This document shows positions 52,300 to 62,625 of a stretch of 64,000 nucleotides of DNA, in pieces. Position 1 is the stretch's first letter. Each line of letters opens with the position of its first letter. The stretch lies in assembly GCA_963751345.1 (NCBI GenBank), contig CAVVUS010000043.1, positions 78,111 through 142,110 of the forward strand, written 5' to 3'. Below the pieces are notes generated by a model that saw only the letters and a list, made by a program, of their open reading frames with translations, was not told the DNA's origin and made no database searches. Made by a program: the position numbers and the translations under genes. Source of the stretch: an uncultured Chloroflexia bacterium. Its GTDB lineage: Bacteria > Chloroflexota > Anaerolineae > B4-G1 > SLSP01.

Positions 52300-53888
52300 C
52301 GTCAGTCGAGCTTGTCGCTCTGTCGCCACTCTTGGTGCTCGGACTCACGACGGTCATCGTGATGCTGGTGATCGCCATCTATCGAAACCATCTCCTGACG
52401 CTTGGGCTTACGCTGTTGGGACTGGCGCTGTCCGGTGTCGCTGTGATGATCGCGGTTCAGGGCGGAGACAGAAATGTGACACCTTTGCTGGCGATGGACA
52501 GGTACACTTACTTCTACATGGGGCTGCTGCTCATCCTGACCTTCGCCATAGCGCTGCTGGCACACGGCTACTTGGTGCGCCGCATCGACCCGCCGGAAGA
52601 GTTCTACGTCCTCTTGTTGCTGGCTACACTGGGCGCGATGACGCTGACGGCCAGCCGGCACTTTGCTTCCTTCTTCCTGGGGTTGGAGCTTCTGAGCGTA
52701 TCGCTTTATGCGATGATCGCCTATCAGCGGCTGGAATTGAGTATTGAAGCCGGGCTGAAGTACCTGGTGCTGGCGGCGGTGTCGGCTTCATTTCTCTTGT
52801 TGGGTATGGCTTTCGTCTACGCAGACCGGGGGACGATGGTCTTCTCAGAGCTAACGCTGCAGCCCGTGGCGAATCCCCTTCCCACCTCGCCTGTGTCGGG
52901 GGGCTACAACAGGCTCTTGCTTATGGGCGGGGCCGGTCTGATGCTGATCGGAATTGGCTTCAAGCTGGCGTTGGTGCCCTTTCATATGTGGGTGCCTGAT
53001 GTCTACGAGGGGGCATCGGCTCCGGTGACGGCTTTCGTGGCGACGGTTTCGAAGGCCTCGGTGGTGGCTGTTCTGTTGCGCCTCTTTGCGCCGCTGGACG
53101 TCCACCAGAGCACGTCGCTATTCGTCGTACTGTCCGGCATCTCTATTCTGTCGATGTTTGGCGGCAATCTGCTGGCGCTGATGCAGCACAACGTAAAGCG
53201 GATGCTGGCCTATTCGTCGATCGCACATCTGGGTTACCTGTTGGTAGCTTTCCTGTCATTTGCGCCCAATCAGACGGCGTTAGCGCCTCAGTCCGGCCCC
53301 GTCTCTACGATGGCGGGCGCACCCGACGGCGTGGCTGCGGCGACCTTCTACCTGGTTACTTACACTATCGCCATATTGGCTGCGTTCGGCGTCGTCAGCG
53401 TGATCTCGGGCGATACGGAAGAAGCGGGGGCCTACGAGGATTACCGCGCCATGTTCTGGCGCCGGCCGGGAATTGCGTTTGTACTGACGATGGTGCTGCT
53501 CTCGCTGGCCAGCATTCCGCTTACGGCAGGATTCGTGGGCAAGATCTACGTTCTTGTGGCGGGCATCGGGTCAGGGCTCTGGGTGTTGGCGATAAGCCTG
53601 GTCGTAAGCAGCGCGATCGGCCTCTATTATTACGCCCGCTTGATCGTGACGATGTTCCAACGCTCTCCCCGTGATTCGGAAGAATCGGCTGCCGGAGGGA
53701 CAGAAATTGTCGAAGCGGTAGGAGCTGTCGGGTCGGCCGGGCCGGCAGGTACGCTGGCCTCGGTGCCCTGGTCGGGGGGTGCTGTGTTGGGGGTATTCGC
53801 CATCCTGCTGATTTGGTTGGGCACCTATCCTGCGCCGCTGCTGTCGCTTATCCAGGCACTGACGTCCGTTTTGGGTGGTACACGCTAA
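52296..53888 (+). CDS. nuoN: NADH-quinone oxidoreductase subunit N
   Basis: EAGLKY, GFKLALVPFHMWVPDVYEGA, KRMLAYSSIAH, SLASIPLTAGF.GK. Confidence 0.95.
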   Translation: MTSVELVALSPLLVLGLTTVIVMLVIAIYRNHLLTLGLTLLGLALSGVAVMIAVQGGDRNVTPLLAMDRYTYFYMGLLLILTFAIALLAHGYLVRRIDPPEEFYVLLLLATLGAMTLTASRHFASFFLGLELLSVSLYAMIAYQRLELSIEAGLKYLVLAAVSASFLLLGMAFVYADRGTMVFSELTLQPVANPLPTSPVSGGYNRLLLMGGAGLMLIGIGFKLALVPFHMWVPDVYEGASAPVTAFVATVSKASVVAVLLRLFAPLDVHQSTSLFVVLSGISILSMFGGNLLALMQHNVKRMLAYSSIAHLGYLLVAFLSFAPNQTALAPQSGPVSTMAGAPDGVAAATFYLVTYTIAILAAFGVVSVISGDTEEAGAYEDYRAMFWRRPGIAFVLTMVLLSLASIPLTAGFVGKIYVLVAGIGSGLWVLAISLVVSSAIGLYYYARLIVTMFQRSPRDSEESAAGGTEIVEAVGAVGSAGPAGTLASVPWSGGAVLGVFAILLIWLGTYPAPLLSLIQALTSVLGGTR

Positions 53889-53910
53889 TCTGATACTGCG
53901 AGGGAGTGCT

Positions 53911-54558
53911 ATGAGTGTCATGCCGGAGGTCGCTGCCCTGTTCCTGGATATCGGTGGCGTCCTGTTGACCAATGGCTGGGATCATACGATGCGGAAGATG
54001 GCCGCGGACCGTTTTGAGCTGGATTATGAAGAGATGAATGAGCGTCACCACCTGACGTTCGATACGTACGAAGAGGGCAAGTTGAGCTTGGACACGTACC
54101 TGGATCGCGTGGTCTTCTATCAGGAACGTTCTTTCTCCAGGGAAGAGTTCAGGTCATACTTGTTCGCCCAGTCTCAGCCCCATGCGGACATGATTGAGTT
54201 GATCCGGGCTCTCAAGGCGCAATACCGTCTCAAGGTCGCCGCGGTGAGCAACGAAGGGCGAGAACTGACCATTCACCGGATTCGGACGTTCGAGCTTGGC
54301 GAGTTCATCGACTTTTTTGTGTCCTCGTGCTTCGTTCACTATCGCAAACCCGACCAGGATATCTATCGTATGGCCCTGGATATCGCTCAAGTTCCGCCGG
54401 AACAGGTCGTCTATATCGAGGATCGGCCCATGTTTGTGGATGTAGCGGGCGGTCTCGGGATTCGAGGGGTCGTTCACAAGGAATATGCATCCACACGCGA
54501 GGCTTTGGCTGCCTTTGGTCTGACGGTTGGCCGGAAGGGCAGCGACTGCGATACGTAG
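53911..54558 (+). CDS. HAD-superfamily phosphatase (YihX-like)
   Basis: FLDIGGVLL (motif I), SN, RKPD, IEDR. Confidence 0.85.
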   Translation: MSVMPEVAALFLDIGGVLLTNGWDHTMRKMAADRFELDYEEMNERHHLTFDTYEEGKLSLDTYLDRVVFYQERSFSREEFRSYLFAQSQPHADMIELIRALKAQYRLKVAAVSNEGRELTIHRIRTFELGEFIDFFVSSCFVHYRKPDQDIYRMALDIAQVPPEQVVYIEDRPMFVDVAGGLGIRGVVHKEYASTREALAAFGLTVGRKGSDCDT

Positions 54559-54603
54559 GCGCGTCGCTCCTGGACGTGCTCTTGTTTGTAGGAAAGGAAG
54601 TGG

Positions 54604-56148
54604 GTGATGGCGCACGCAACACAGGGTGAAGCTGCAATCATCGTCATCTTCGGTGCCAGCGGAGATCTTACCCAGCGCAAACTGATACCGGCGCTCTATG
54701 ACTTGTATCTTGACAAGTGGCTCGTGGACCAGATCGCAATCATCGGTGTCTCGCGAACGGAGATGACCGATGAGCAGTTTCGCGAGCACCTGCGGGAGGG
54801 TGTGGATCAGTATTCGCGTCGCTGCAAGAGCAGCGATCCCGATTGGGCGGCGTTCGCACCCAAGATCACATACTTCGCCGCCGATCCCGCGGAGTCGGAT
54901 ACCTATGCAACGCTGGCCGAGCGTCTGAAAGGCCAGGAAGAGCAGTGGCACGTGCAGGCAGACCACATCTTCTATATGGCCACGCCTCCGACCGTGTTTG
55001 AGACGATCGCGCAGGGTCTCGGCAAAGCCCGGCTCTCTCACAATGCACGTGCGAGGCTGGTGGTCGAGAAGCCCTTCGGCCACGATCTTGCCTCGGCCCA
55101 GAACCTCAACCACAGCTTGACACAGGTCTTCAACGAGTCGCAGATCTATCGCATCGACCACTATTTGGGTAAAGAGACGGTACAGAACATTCTGGCTCTG
55201 CGCTTTGCCAACGCACTATTCGAACCGGTCTGGAATCGGCAGTTCCTGGATCACGTGCAGATCACGGTTGCTGAGCAGGTGGGAGTTGGCTCCCGGGGCA
55301 GCTACTACGAACATGCCGGCGCTTTGCGCGACATGATCCAGAATCATCTCCTGCAGCTCCTCTGCCTGATCGCGATGGAGCCTCCGGTCTCCTTTGATGC
55401 CGATGAGATACGCAACAAAAAGGTGGACGTGCTCAAAGCCATCCGTCCTATTCCGATCGACCAAGCGCATCGGTTCGTGGTACGCGGCCAATATGGTGCG
55501 GGCTGGATGGAAGGCGATCACGTACAGGCATACCGGGAGGCTCCCAAGGTCGCATCCGACTCCACAACCGAGACCTTCACTGCAATCAAGTTCTTTGTTG
55601 ACAATTGGCGCTGGCAGGATGTGCCTTTCTACCTTCGCACGGGAAAACGTCTGCCGGTCCGGGCCTCGGAGATCAGTATCCAGTTCCGGCCCGTGCCTCA
55701 CCAGTCTTTTCCCGCCAGCACAGTGGGTCAATGGGTGCCCAATCGCCTCATCATCAACATTCAGCCGAACGAGGGGATCTTGCTGCGCTTTTTGGCAAAA
55801 CAGCCGGGACATCCCATGCGCCTGAGTCCGGTCGATATGAGATTCACCTATCACGAGGCATTTGAAGCTGTCCCACCTGAAGCTTACGAGACGTTGCTGT
55901 TCGACATCATCCAGGGAGACGCCACCCTGTTCATGCGTGCCGATCAGGTGGAAGCGGCCTGGCGCGTGGTTGCGCCGATCCAGGAGTACTGGCAGGCGTC
56001 AACAGCGACCGACTTTCCCAACTACAGGGCTGGGACTTGGGGGCCCGAAGCCGCAGCGGTCCTGATTGGTCAGGACGGGCGCAGTTGGCACCCGCCGCTC
56101 ACCGCCCAGGATACCGCGTCTGGAGACGACCAAGAGTGTGAGACGTAA
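54604..56148 (+). CDS. zwf: Glucose-6-phosphate 1-dehydrogenase
   Basis: [46 protein letters not shown]; GVSR retains the Arg that binds the NADP 2'-phosphate. Confidence 0.97.
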   Translation: MMAHATQGEAAIIVIFGASGDLTQRKLIPALYDLYLDKWLVDQIAIIGVSRTEMTDEQFREHLREGVDQYSRRCKSSDPDWAAFAPKITYFAADPAESDTYATLAERLKGQEEQWHVQADHIFYMATPPTVFETIAQGLGKARLSHNARARLVVEKPFGHDLASAQNLNHSLTQVFNESQIYRIDHYLGKETVQNILALRFANALFEPVWNRQFLDHVQITVAEQVGVGSRGSYYEHAGALRDMIQNHLLQLLCLIAMEPPVSFDADEIRNKKVDVLKAIRPIPIDQAHRFVVRGQYGAGWMEGDHVQAYREAPKVASDSTTETFTAIKFFVDNWRWQDVPFYLRTGKRLPVRASEISIQFRPVPHQSFPASTVGQWVPNRLIINIQPNEGILLRFLAKQPGHPMRLSPVDMRFTYHEAFEAVPPEAYETLLFDIIQGDATLFMRADQVEAAWRVVAPIQEYWQASTATDFPNYRAGTWGPEAAAVLIGQDGRSWHPPLTAQDTASGDDQECET

Positions 56149-56214
56149 CAGGCCGTACCGTCTGACGCGTGATTCAGTCCTGAGAGACGACTTCGATCCA
56201 CAGGGGGCAGTCCT

Positions 56215-56925
56215 ATGAAGACCGGAGCTGAAGGGGCCACTCGCGAGCTTTCCAGGAGGGAACAGTTACTGGAGGTCTCGGTTTTCCTGTTCCTGATCAT
56301 TCCCTCCATAGCGTTATCGTATTTCGCTGTAAACCAGGGAAGTATCAGCTTCACACTTACTGCCGTCGCCACGATCATGCGTGATCTGGGCTTGGTCGGG
56401 TTGATCCTGTTCTTTCTGTGGCGCAATCGCGAGCACGTGACGGTCGTGGGATGGACGCTCAAGAACATCTGGGCGGACATTGCCTTGGGTGTGGTTTTCT
56501 TTCCGATAGTGTTCTACGGAGCTGCGTGGCTGGAGCGGATCCTGCAATCCATTGGGTTCACCGTCCCGTCCTCGCCACAGCCCAATCTCCAGCCCACCCC
56601 GGATCCCATCCATCTTGTGTTGGCGATCATCCTGGTGACGGTAGTGGCGGTTGCGGAGGAGACGATCTTCCGCGGCTACCTGATGCTGCGCTTCAGGGCG
56701 GTCACTGGAAGTTCCGCTTGGGCGGTGGTGATTTCCGCCGTGATCTTCTCCCTGGGACACGGCTACGAGGGTACCGCCGGGGTGGTCACCGTTGGTGTGC
56801 TGGGTGCGGTCTTCGCGCTGGCGTATCTGTGGCGAAAGAGCCTGGTGATGCCGATGACCCTGCATTTCCTGCAGGACTTGCTGAGTATCGTGATCCTTCC
56901 GCTGTTGATGGGAGGCGGTGGCTAG
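56215..56925 (+). CDS. CPBP (CAAX/Abi) family intramembrane protease
   Basis: EETIFRG, FSLGH.Y, LHFLQD. Confidence 0.88.
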   Translation: MKTGAEGATRELSRREQLLEVSVFLFLIIPSIALSYFAVNQGSISFTLTAVATIMRDLGLVGLILFFLWRNREHVTVVGWTLKNIWADIALGVVFFPIVFYGAAWLERILQSIGFTVPSSPQPNLQPTPDPIHLVLAIILVTVVAVAEETIFRGYLMLRFRAVTGSSAWAVVISAVIFSLGHGYEGTAGVVTVGVLGAVFALAYLWRKSLVMPMTLHFLQDLLSIVILPLLMGGGG

Positions 56926-57012
56926 TCGCACAGTTATCAGCCGCGATCGGGGCTGTGGGCGATGTCGGGGCGCAAAGCTTACTGGGAAGTTGCGTTTCAT
57001 CCTCTCAGGTAA

Positions 57013-57041
57013 TTGACATTTCTCCTACGAAGTGCTACCTT
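57013..57041 (+). promoter_or_regulatory. Putative sigma70 promoter
   Basis: TTGACA-17 nt-TACCTT with an extended TG. Confidence 0.5.
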
Positions 57042-57092
57042 ACGGGTATTGCATGGTGAGAATGGGGCCACAATCGAAGAAGGAGAATTGCT

Positions 57093-57473
57093 GTGATGAC
57101 GTGGCTTTTTGCACTAATTGGGGTGGTAGGCCTGTCGTTTGCTGCGATTGGGCGGTCCCTCGAGAGTGGGACGTGGGAAGGATTTTTCACGGCTGGGCGT
57201 GCTGGTCGCATCTTTCGTCCTTGCGGGACGCGAGCTTCCTGGTGGGTACAGAATCCGGCCTTTGAGAATACGGCCGATGATCTTGAGCGGCGTTACGAGG
57301 AGATTATATCCCGCCCTTATGAACAGATTTTCGTTCGGGTTCGCGGGGAGGCTAGTCGCAAGGGCCAATATGGTCCACTGGGTTCGTATCAGCGTGTAGT
57401 CTATATCCAGGAGATCCTGGAAGTACGCGAAAAGCAGGACAGTGATTGCGTTCGGTCGAAGGAACAGGAATAG
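57093..57473 (+). CDS. Small membrane-anchored hypothetical protein
   Basis: AAGGAG RBS, N-terminal hydrophobic segment, F.PC and G.YGPLGSYQR motifs. Confidence 0.6.
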   Translation: MMTWLFALIGVVGLSFAAIGRSLESGTWEGFFTAGRAGRIFRPCGTRASWWVQNPAFENTADDLERRYEEIISRPYEQIFVRVRGEASRKGQYGPLGSYQRVVYIQEILEVREKQDSDCVRSKEQE

Positions 57474-57498
57474 GGTGGCGCGGGCGAGGAGGTAAGGG

Positions 57499-57979
57499 AT
57501 GGAGTTCCTGATTGTACTGGGAAGTGGCGCCTTTCTCCTTGGGTTGGCCTTTGTCGTCTGGATCTCGGTGACGAAACACCGTGGGCAGGGCGAGGCGAAC
57601 TGGCCTCGCGTCGAAGGGCAAGTCACGTCCGCCAAGGTCGTGCCGCTGGAACGCGAGACTCCCGAGGGCATGGTACGGGCGTATACGCCCGTTATACACT
57701 ATGCCTATAGCATCCGGGGACGTTGCCTATGAATCCCAACAGCGCAACGTCTCTCCCGATAACACGGCAACTTTCCAGGCTCCCGAGAAGGCGCAAGCCG
57801 TCGTCGACAAGTATCCGTCGGGATCGAGTGTCAGGGTCTTCTATAACCCTGCGAATCCGAAGCAGGCCGTCCTGGAGGTGCCCAGGCCTGCTGCCCACAA
57901 CGCCGTCATGTTTTACGGCGTGACGAATATGGTTGCCGGGGCCATCATCATTGCCCTGGGGATCTGGCTCCTACCCTAG
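57499..57979 (+). CDS. DUF3592-like membrane protein; frameshift near 57720
   Basis: N-terminal TM, WPRVEGQV, Y.P.I.Y.Y, V.VFYNPANP..AVL, C-terminal TM across two ORFs. Confidence 0.7.
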
Positions 57980-58096
57980 AAACACAGGCGGGTCGAGGCG
58001 GAACAGAGAGTATGTTTCGGTAAGTGCTCGACCGCACCTTTAGTGTTGGACATTGAATGGAAATGACTGGCATCGTAACTTTAGAGGAGGCTATTT

Positions 58097-58387
58097 ATGC
58101 CTGAGCAAAGAGGACATGTTGACGGTGAGCACAATACGCACAAGGTGCTTCTATATGCGTTGTCCACCTGTATCTGGTGTCGTAAGACCCGTCAACTGCT
58201 GGAAGATGAAGGGGTAACGTTTGATTTCGTCTACGTCGACCTCGTTGAGGCGGAAGAGCGTGAGCAGGCTCGCGAGCACATTCGTAAGTTCAGCGACCGC
58301 ACCTCATTCCCCGCGACGATCGTCGACGAAGAGGACTGCATCATCGGATATAAGCCGGACATGATCAAGGAGCGACTGGGGCTATGA
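58097..58387 (+). CDS. Glutaredoxin/NrdH-like redoxin
   Basis: [16 protein letters not shown]. Confidence 0.85.
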   Translation: MPEQRGHVDGEHNTHKVLLYALSTCIWCRKTRQLLEDEGVTFDFVYVDLVEAEEREQAREHIRKFSDRTSFPATIVDEEDCIIGYKPDMIKERLGL

Positions 58388-58929
58388 GCGCCAGACCGTC
58401 GGTCACGCCTGAGGCTATAGACAGGCTCTACCAGCGGCTGGACCGAGAGGCGAAGGCGGGCGGGTACAACCTCAACCCGGACGTGGATTTCACGAAAGGC
58501 CTCGTGGAGGGGCTGCTTGTCAATGAGGCCCGCTATGGTTACCGGGCGTGTCCATGTCGTCTGGCCGATGGGGAGCGCGGGAAAGACCTGGATATCATCT
58601 GCCCTTGTGACTATCGCGACGCGGACCTGATCGACTGGGGGGCCTGCTACTGTGCCCTCTATGTCTCCGATGCGGTGCGCGACGGGGAGCAGGAACTGCA
58701 GCCGATTCCCGAACGGCGTCCTCCCGAAGAGGAGCGCGAGCTGGAGCAGGCTCCGACCGGTCCCACTTCACCGGAAGAAGAGCACGAGACCGTGCTCGTG
58801 GGCTTCACCTGGCAGGGACTCCCGGTGTGGCGCTGCAAGGTATGTGGTTATCTCTGTTCTCGGCCGCGTCCTCCGCTCAAATGCCCGGTCTGCCGGGCCG
58901 ATCAGGATCGATTCGAACGCTTCATGTAG
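58384..58929 (+). CDS. Ferredoxin:thioredoxin reductase catalytic-domain protein with C-terminal rubredoxin-like domain
   Basis: CPC, CPC, CYC motifs; C-terminal WRCKVCGY...CPVC. Confidence 0.88.
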   Translation: MSARPSVTPEAIDRLYQRLDREAKAGGYNLNPDVDFTKGLVEGLLVNEARYGYRACPCRLADGERGKDLDIICPCDYRDADLIDWGACYCALYVSDAVRDGEQELQPIPERRPPEEERELEQAPTGPTSPEEEHETVLVGFTWQGLPVWRCKVCGYLCSRPRPPLKCPVCRADQDRFERFM

Positions 58930-59095
58930 GTCGGCACGTTGGCTCAAGTGGTTGCCGGCGGGACGAAGTTCACTCTTCGCCCCGCCGGTTGCGTTTCATC
59001 GTGCGGCCAATAGGTGCCTGGCACCCACGATGGCGAGACGGTCGGGCTGCAGCTCCGCCGCCTCAGAGCTTGCCCCGAGGTCTGCCCTTCGTATA

Positions 59096-60226
59096 ATGGC
59101 AGGCGTGTCCATATACCTTGACGTCTCTGCTGCCGTACACCGCCGGGCGGGGCTGGGGCGGTATGCGGAAAGCCTGGCCCAGGGCATGGCGGCGGAGATC
59201 CCGGAGCAGCTAGCTCTTTTCTACAACCGGGAGCACGGGATCGAGCCACTGGCGGGGCTGGAGACCGTGCCGCACGCCACGGTAAACCTGGGCTACAAGC
59301 CATGGCGCATGGTCGTATGGGCAGGGCAACTTTCGAGGATGTCCTTGGGTCGCCTCGTCCCGGGGGCGAAGCTGTTTCACGCGACCGAGCACTTGTTGAT
59401 GCCGCTCCGACACATCCCAACGGTGATGACCGTCCACGACCTGATTTTTCGTTCCCTGCCGGAGCATCACAAGCCGCTCAACCGCTGGTATCTAAACGCG
59501 ACGATGCCTTTGTACTGCAAGCGCGCTGATCACATCATCGCGGTCTCGGAGGCAACGCGCCGCGATCTGGTGGCGGCCTATCATCTGCCGCCGGAGAAAA
59601 TCACCGTGATCTACGAGGCCGCTGCCCCGCACTTCAAGCCGCAGCCTCAAGCCGCGCAAGATCGCGTTCGAGCTGTCTACGGCCTGCCAGAGCACTATCT
59701 ACTCTATGTCGGCACGATCGAGCCACGCAAGAATCTCGAAAGGCTGCTCTCAGCTTGGGCACCCCTGTACCGGGCGGGCGAGTGCCCTCCTCTGGTCATC
59801 GTAGGCAAGCGTGGGTGGCTCTCCGATGGATTCTTTGCTGCTCTGCATGCATGTCCGGCTCAGGATGGTGTTATACTTACCGGTTATGTCCGGGACGCGG
59901 ATTTGCCGGCGCTCTATACGGCGGCGACCGTCTTTGTCTTTCCCAGTCTCTACGAGGGATTCGGCCTCCCCATTCTTGAGGCTATGGCCTGCGGCACGCC
60001 CGTGATCTGCTCCAACAGCTCGTCGCTGCCGGAGGTTGCGGGAGAGGCGGCACTGTTGGCCGATCCGACGGACGTTGAAGCGATGCGAGAGGCCCTGCGT
60101 GCGCTCGTTTTGGACCAGGATCGGAGAGTAGAGCTGAGGGCACGCGGATTGCAGCAAGCGTCGAACTTCTCGTGGGCTCAAGCAGTGAAACAAACGCTGG
60201 ATGTCTATGACAATGTACGAGGATAG
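59096..60226 (+). CDS. Glycosyltransferase family 4 (GT-B)
   Basis: TVHDL, VGTIEPRKN, FPSLYEGFGLPILEAMACG. Confidence 0.92.
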   Translation: MAGVSIYLDVSAAVHRRAGLGRYAESLAQGMAAEIPEQLALFYNREHGIEPLAGLETVPHATVNLGYKPWRMVVWAGQLSRMSLGRLVPGAKLFHATEHLLMPLRHIPTVMTVHDLIFRSLPEHHKPLNRWYLNATMPLYCKRADHIIAVSEATRRDLVAAYHLPPEKITVIYEAAAPHFKPQPQAAQDRVRAVYGLPEHYLLYVGTIEPRKNLERLLSAWAPLYRAGECPPLVIVGKRGWLSDGFFAALHACPAQDGVILTGYVRDADLPALYTAATVFVFPSLYEGFGLPILEAMACGTPVICSNSSSLPEVAGEAALLADPTDVEAMREALRALVLDQDRRVELRARGLQQASNFSWAQAVKQTLDVYDNVRG

Positions 60227-60287
60227 CATTGGATAGCATTGGAAGGAAGAGATATGTTAGTCACCAACTATAGTGGGATGAACGATA

Positions 60288-61424
60288 ATGCCTCATTACA
60301 TTCTTGACGCGCGCACGGCGACGCCGCATTTTCCCGGCATCGGTCGCTACGTATCGAATTTGGCCGAGGCAATGGTCCCTCAGCTCGGCGGAGACGAGCG
60401 ATTGACGGTGCTTGAGCGCCCGGGTTATCCCGTGGAACTGCCGGACCATCCGGCGACGCAGTCGGTTGTGGTGAATGCATCGCCGTTTTCACTGCGCCAA
60501 CAATGGGTTGTGCCACGGGTGTTGCGAGAGGTGGGGGGCGACCTCTATCACAGCCCCTACTATCTGATGCCCTATCGGCTGGGCATTCCCAGCATACTCA
60601 CGGTCCACGATCTCATCCCGCTTCTCTTTCCTGAGTACAGCTCGTGGCGAGCGAGGTGGCTCTTCCGTCGGATGACGGCGATGGCGTTGCGAGCCTCAAC
60701 GCGCACCATTGCGGTCTCCCACGCGACAAGGCAGGATGTTCTGACCTACTTTGCGGCCCCGCCGGATCAGATAACGGCAATTCCGGAGGCCGCGGATCCC
60801 CACTTCTTCCTTCAACCGGAAAGCGCCGTCCACAACTTGCGTCAACGGTACGATCTGTGGGACCCGTTCGTGCTATATGTCGGCAGCAACAAGCCACACA
60901 AGAATCTGGTGCGCCTTGTGGAGGCGTGGGCGGAGGTCACACCATCCTTCCCCCATATCACGCTGGTGATCGCAGGGTCTTGGATCTCAACGTATCCCGA
61001 GGCCCGGACTCGGGCTGAGCAGCTCGATCTATCAAATAGAGCCGTTCGGTGGCTGGGGCCCCTTTCGGAGAAAGATCTCCCAGCACTATATGGCGCCGCG
61101 ACGCTGTTCGTATTCCCCAGTCTTTACGAGGGCTTTGGATTGCCCGTCATTGAAGCGATGGCGTGCGGTGCGCCTGTCGCCTGCTCTCGTGTATCCTCAC
61201 TGCCCGAGGTGGTGGGAGATAGTGCTTTGCTTTTCGATCCCGAGCACGCGTCGTCGATTGCCGAAGCCATAGCCCAGGCCTTGGGAGACGACGCCCTGCG
61301 TGCTGATCTGCGCGAGCGAGGGCTCCATCGCGTCTCCGAATTCTCGTGGGAACGCACGGCGCGCGAGACCCTTGAGTTGTACCGGCAAGTCTTGGGGACC
61401 GAACCATCCATCGCCACGTCATAG
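60288..61424 (+). CDS. Glycosyltransferase family 4 (GT-B)
   Basis: TVHDLIP, KPHKN, FPSLYEGFGLPVIEAMACG. Confidence 0.92.
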   Translation: MPHYILDARTATPHFPGIGRYVSNLAEAMVPQLGGDERLTVLERPGYPVELPDHPATQSVVVNASPFSLRQQWVVPRVLREVGGDLYHSPYYLMPYRLGIPSILTVHDLIPLLFPEYSSWRARWLFRRMTAMALRASTRTIAVSHATRQDVLTYFAAPPDQITAIPEAADPHFFLQPESAVHNLRQRYDLWDPFVLYVGSNKPHKNLVRLVEAWAEVTPSFPHITLVIAGSWISTYPEARTRAEQLDLSNRAVRWLGPLSEKDLPALYGAATLFVFPSLYEGFGLPVIEAMACGAPVACSRVSSLPEVVGDSALLFDPEHASSIAEAIAQALGDDALRADLRERGLHRVSEFSWERTARETLELYRQVLGTEPSIATS

Positions 61425-61476
61425 GTCAACCGGTCCGCGTCATGTCTGATCGCACCGGAGTTGCGCTCTAGAGTCG

Positions 61477-62564
61477 ATGCACATCCTGCACCTCTACAAA
61501 GACTACTTCCCGGTCCTGGGTGGTATAGAGAACCACATCAGGATTCTCGCGGAGGCGCAGGCTGCTGCAGGACACAACGTGACCGTCCTTGTCTGCGATC
61601 CTGGCCATGCGTCACACGTGGCAGAGCTAAATGGCGTTACGGTTGTCAAGAAGGGCCGGTTGGCCACCGCTGCGAGTATGCCGCTCAGCCTGCGGCAGCC
61701 CTTGGCCCTCCTTGGTAGATCTCCCGACGTAGTTCACGTACAGTCCCCGTACCCATTGGGAGAGGTCAGCGCGGCCCTGCTCAAATGGCGCGTGCCCCTC
61801 GTGATCAGTTACCAATCCGACGTGGTTCGTCAGCAGGGCTGGCTGCGTCTCTATGCACCGTTGCTGCGCCGGGTTTTGCTGCATGCTTCACGTGTCCTCG
61901 TCAGCAGCCCCCGATACCTGGAAACCTCTCCCTGGCTCCAGGCAGTTCGGGACAAGTGCGTGGTGGTACCCCTCGGTGTGGATCACCGTCGCTTTGCTCC
62001 CCCCGTGAGTGCTTACGAAGGCCGCTCAACCCTGCTGTTCGTAGGACGGCTGCGCTATTACAAGGGCCTCGACACGCTCCTACGGGCCATGCCAAGACTG
62101 CCCGACGACGTGCGTCTGCGGATCATCGGAAGTGGAGAGATGCTCGGAAGCCTTCAAGCGCTTGCGTCAGAGCTTGGGGATCGACGCGCCGCGTCCAATT
62201 CGCCGGCGAGATCGCCGATGCGGAGCTTCCCGCCCAATACCATCAAGCCTCTCTCTTTGTCCTTCCTGCCAATGCCCGTGCCGAAGCCTTCGGCATGGTA
62301 CTCCTGGAGGCGATGGCCTCCGGGCTGCCGTGTGTCACCACGGAGGTTGGGACCGGTACGTCGTGGGTGGTACAGGACGGCATAACCGGGAGGGTCGTGC
62401 CGCCCCAGGATCCCGTCGCGCTGGCTGAGGCCATCCGCGACGTGTTGGCAGACGAGGGACGCCGCCGGGCGATGGGCCGGGCGGCCCGCGCGCGCGTTGA
62501 GATGGAGTTTACACAGGAGAAGCTCGTGGACCGTGTGATGTCGGTCTACGAATCACTGCAGTAG
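61477..62564 (+). CDS. Glycosyltransferase family 4; frameshift near 62185
   Basis: YKDYFPVLGGIE, VGRLRYYKG, then EAFGMVLLEAMASG in ORF 61785..62564. Confidence 0.88.
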
Positions 62565-62621
62565 GGGCGCAGCATGCTGCGCCCTGCGTATGCCGCGGCC
62601 CTGCGTATGCCGCGGGCCTGC
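62561..62621 (+). repeat. GTAG-type REP-like palindrome followed by 2+ copies of a 17-bp repeat
   Basis: GTAG-GGGCGCAGC-AT-GCTGCGCCC, then GCCCTGCGTATGCCGCG at 62581 and 62598 plus a partial third copy. Confidence 0.75.
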
Positions 62622-62625
62622 GCTC

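Noticed and set aside
50758-52329. Long antisense ORFs (e.g. 523 aa opposite nuoM, 353 aa opposite nuoB/C, 362 aa opposite nuoG)
   Set aside because: These are shadow ORFs expected in high-GC coding DNA, with no recognisable motifs.
58652-59095. Long N-terminal extension on the first GT4 (524-aa ORF)
   Set aside because: It overlaps the FTR-like gene in another frame, and GT4 similarity starts only near 59096.
60221-60242. GGATAGCATT direct duplication after the first GT4
   Set aside because: Only two 10-bp copies with no associated element; likely slippage.
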